64,000 nt of DNA from Squalus acanthias (taxonomy: Eukaryota). Position numbers and translations under genes: made by a program. Every line of letters starts with the position of its first letter. Positions within the stretch are counted from its first letter, which is position 1. Under the pieces are notes generated by a model that was given only the letters and a program-made list of their open reading frames with translations, was not told the DNA's origin and did no database searches. The DNA lies in assembly GCA_030390025.1 (NCBI GenBank), contig CM059433.1, forward strand, positions 31,188,001-31,252,000, written 5' to 3'. Positions 62,060 to 64,000 of this stretch are shown one piece after another.

Positions 62060-62350
62060 CGTATGTAGGGGGAGAGTCGGGTGGGGTGGGGGGGGGGATG
62101 TCTGTAGGGGGTGGGGTGGGAGTCCGTAGGGGGTGGGGTGGTTGAGTCTGCAGGGGGTGGGGTGGGGGGAGTCTGTAAGGGGTGGGGGAGTCTGTACGGG
62201 GTGGGGGAGTCTGTACGGGGTGGGGGAGTCTGTACTGGGTGGGGGAGTCTGTAGGGGGTGGGGCGGGGGAGTCTGTAGGGCGTGGGGCAGGAGAGTCTGT
62301 AGAGGGTAGGGGGGAGCCTGTAGGGGTAGGATGGGGGAAGGGAGTCTGCC
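62060..62350 (+). repeat. G-rich minisatellite (gggggagtctgtagggggtgg-like)
   Basis: About 12 degenerate units with multiple G-runs. Confidence 0.85.
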
Positions 62351-62869
62351 AGGAAGGCCAGGCCTAGAGAGTGAAGGTGCTCCCATTGTGTTCAGAGATG
62401 ACCAGTTTCAGTTTCTGTAGTTTCTGGTCAGAAGAGTACATTCAGCACCAGCAACATAGACAGTGTAGCACATTTGTTATTTTCTTTGCTATGAGCTGCC
62501 TAAGGAAATAAGTGCATGTGAGCTGAGATTTACTATAAATGCTCAATCACTTACCGTTTGTTAAATAAATCAGCCTGTTTATTCTTAATTGGCCTTGTCT
62601 TACTAAGGTGCTCATCAGACCACCTTTCGGAAGATTAAAGAAGTGCATGTGTGGGATTACCACATTCAGGTCATTTAACAAGGGGTTTTATTGTTACATT
62701 CTCCCCCCCATATCACAGTATGATACGATGACATATTGGGCAGTAAAGTTAAACTCCTGTTCATAAGGGATATATGGTCCACTTTGAGGAGAGGCCAATG
62801 ATGCTGAGAGAATATATATAGAGCTGATTTTTTTTTTAACAATCTCTCTGCCCATCTATAAAACCATCC

Positions 62870-63490
62870 ATCTGTTAATTATATCTACCTATCTAGGTCT
62901 ATTAGTCTACATACTAATACAGTTATTAATATAGCTACATATTCAATTAACCAATCTATATATTTACCTATCTAACACGTCATCTTTAAGCTACCACCGA
63001 TCTGAATCGACTGATCTATTTAGTCAGCTTATAGTTATACTCATCAACCTAGCTACCCATCTACATCTATTAATGTATCTTACATACTCATTCATCTATG
63101 CTTATTAACCTACTTAGCTACATAAATGGAAAATAAAGTTCTGCCAGTAATCTGTTGCACACTAGATCAAAACCTGCCACCTTAGTTAAGTAATTAAATT
63201 TCTGATTTATTATAAGATACTGGGTAATTACCTTTTTTATAGCAATGAGCTGTTGCAATCTGAATGCCGTGTATATCTCTATTAATCCAATTAATTAGGC
63301 AGGGTCACTATTAGTTACACTTCTGTCAATCAAGATCTCCATAAACGTAGAAATCTATCTGCCTATCAACCTACCCAACTGTTACTCTACCTATCCAGCT
63401 CTGTATTTACCTGTCAGGTTAGCTAATCAATCTCTCTTCCTATATATAGACCTACCTATCGATCTATCGATCTACCTATCTATCTATTGA
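62870..63490. repeat. Degenerate (CTAT/ATCT)-rich low-complexity region
   Basis: Recurrent tctatc/ctacct motifs, with a non-repetitive stretch in the middle. Confidence 0.55.
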
Positions 63491-64000
63491 TAGAATCATA
63501 GAAGCATAGAAATTTATGGCACAGAAGGAGGCCATTCGGCCAGCCAAAAAAGAGCTATCCAGCATAATCCCACTTTCCAGCTCTTCAGGTGCATATCCAA
63601 GTACTTTTTAAATGTGATGAGGGTTTCTGCCTCTACCACCCTTTCGGGCAGTGAGTTCCAGACGCCCACTGCCTTCTGGGTGAAAAAATGTCTCCTCAAC
63701 TCCCCTCTAATCCTTCTACCAATTACTTTAAATCTATGCCCCCTGTTTATTGACCTCTCTGCTAAGGGAAATAGGTCCTTCCTATCCACTCTATCTAGGC
63801 CCCTCATAATTTTATACACCTCAATTAAATCTCCCCTCAGCCTCCCTGTTCCAAAGAAAACAACCCAGCCTATCCAATCTTTCCTCATAGCTAAAAGTCT
63901 CCAGTCCTGGCAAAATCCTGTTAAATTTCCTCTGTGCCCTCTCCAGTGCAATCACATCTTTCCTGTGACCAGAACTGTATGCAGTACTGTGGCCTAACTA
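63490..64000 (-). mobile_element. CR1 3' end, continuing beyond the window
   Basis: [20 protein letters not shown]...FFTQKAVGVWNSLP and a tatgattct tail. Confidence 0.9.

Overview
Eukaryotic, repeat-dense intronic DNA. The repeat landscape (DeuSINE/SacSINE1-like SINEs, CR1 and L2 LINEs, Penelope elements with hammerhead motifs, Harbinger-type MITEs) points to a cartilaginous fish (shark); this is inferred from recalled repeat families, not a database search. There are no prokaryotic features and no CRISPR array. The only host coding sequence I can support is three short minus-strand exons, absent from the ORF track, that encode tandem calcium-binding EGF repeats (24687-24800, 22055-22176, 5342-5446). 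The middle exon is 122 nt and has an apparent 1-bp frameshift. The rest is mostly nested mobile DNA: two near full-length decayed CR1s, Tx1 and L2 fragments, Harbinger deletion derivatives and several MITE families with readable TSDs. The most unusual structures are Penelope-derived. They are a 3.1-kb near-perfect palindrome (1481-bp arms) with a micro-hairpin at the inversion point, a 36-bp tail-only insertion with its own 9-bp TSD 232 bp downstream, a second independent 63-bp fold-back, and four minimal hammerhead ribozyme motifs. Boundaries of degraded repeats are approximate.
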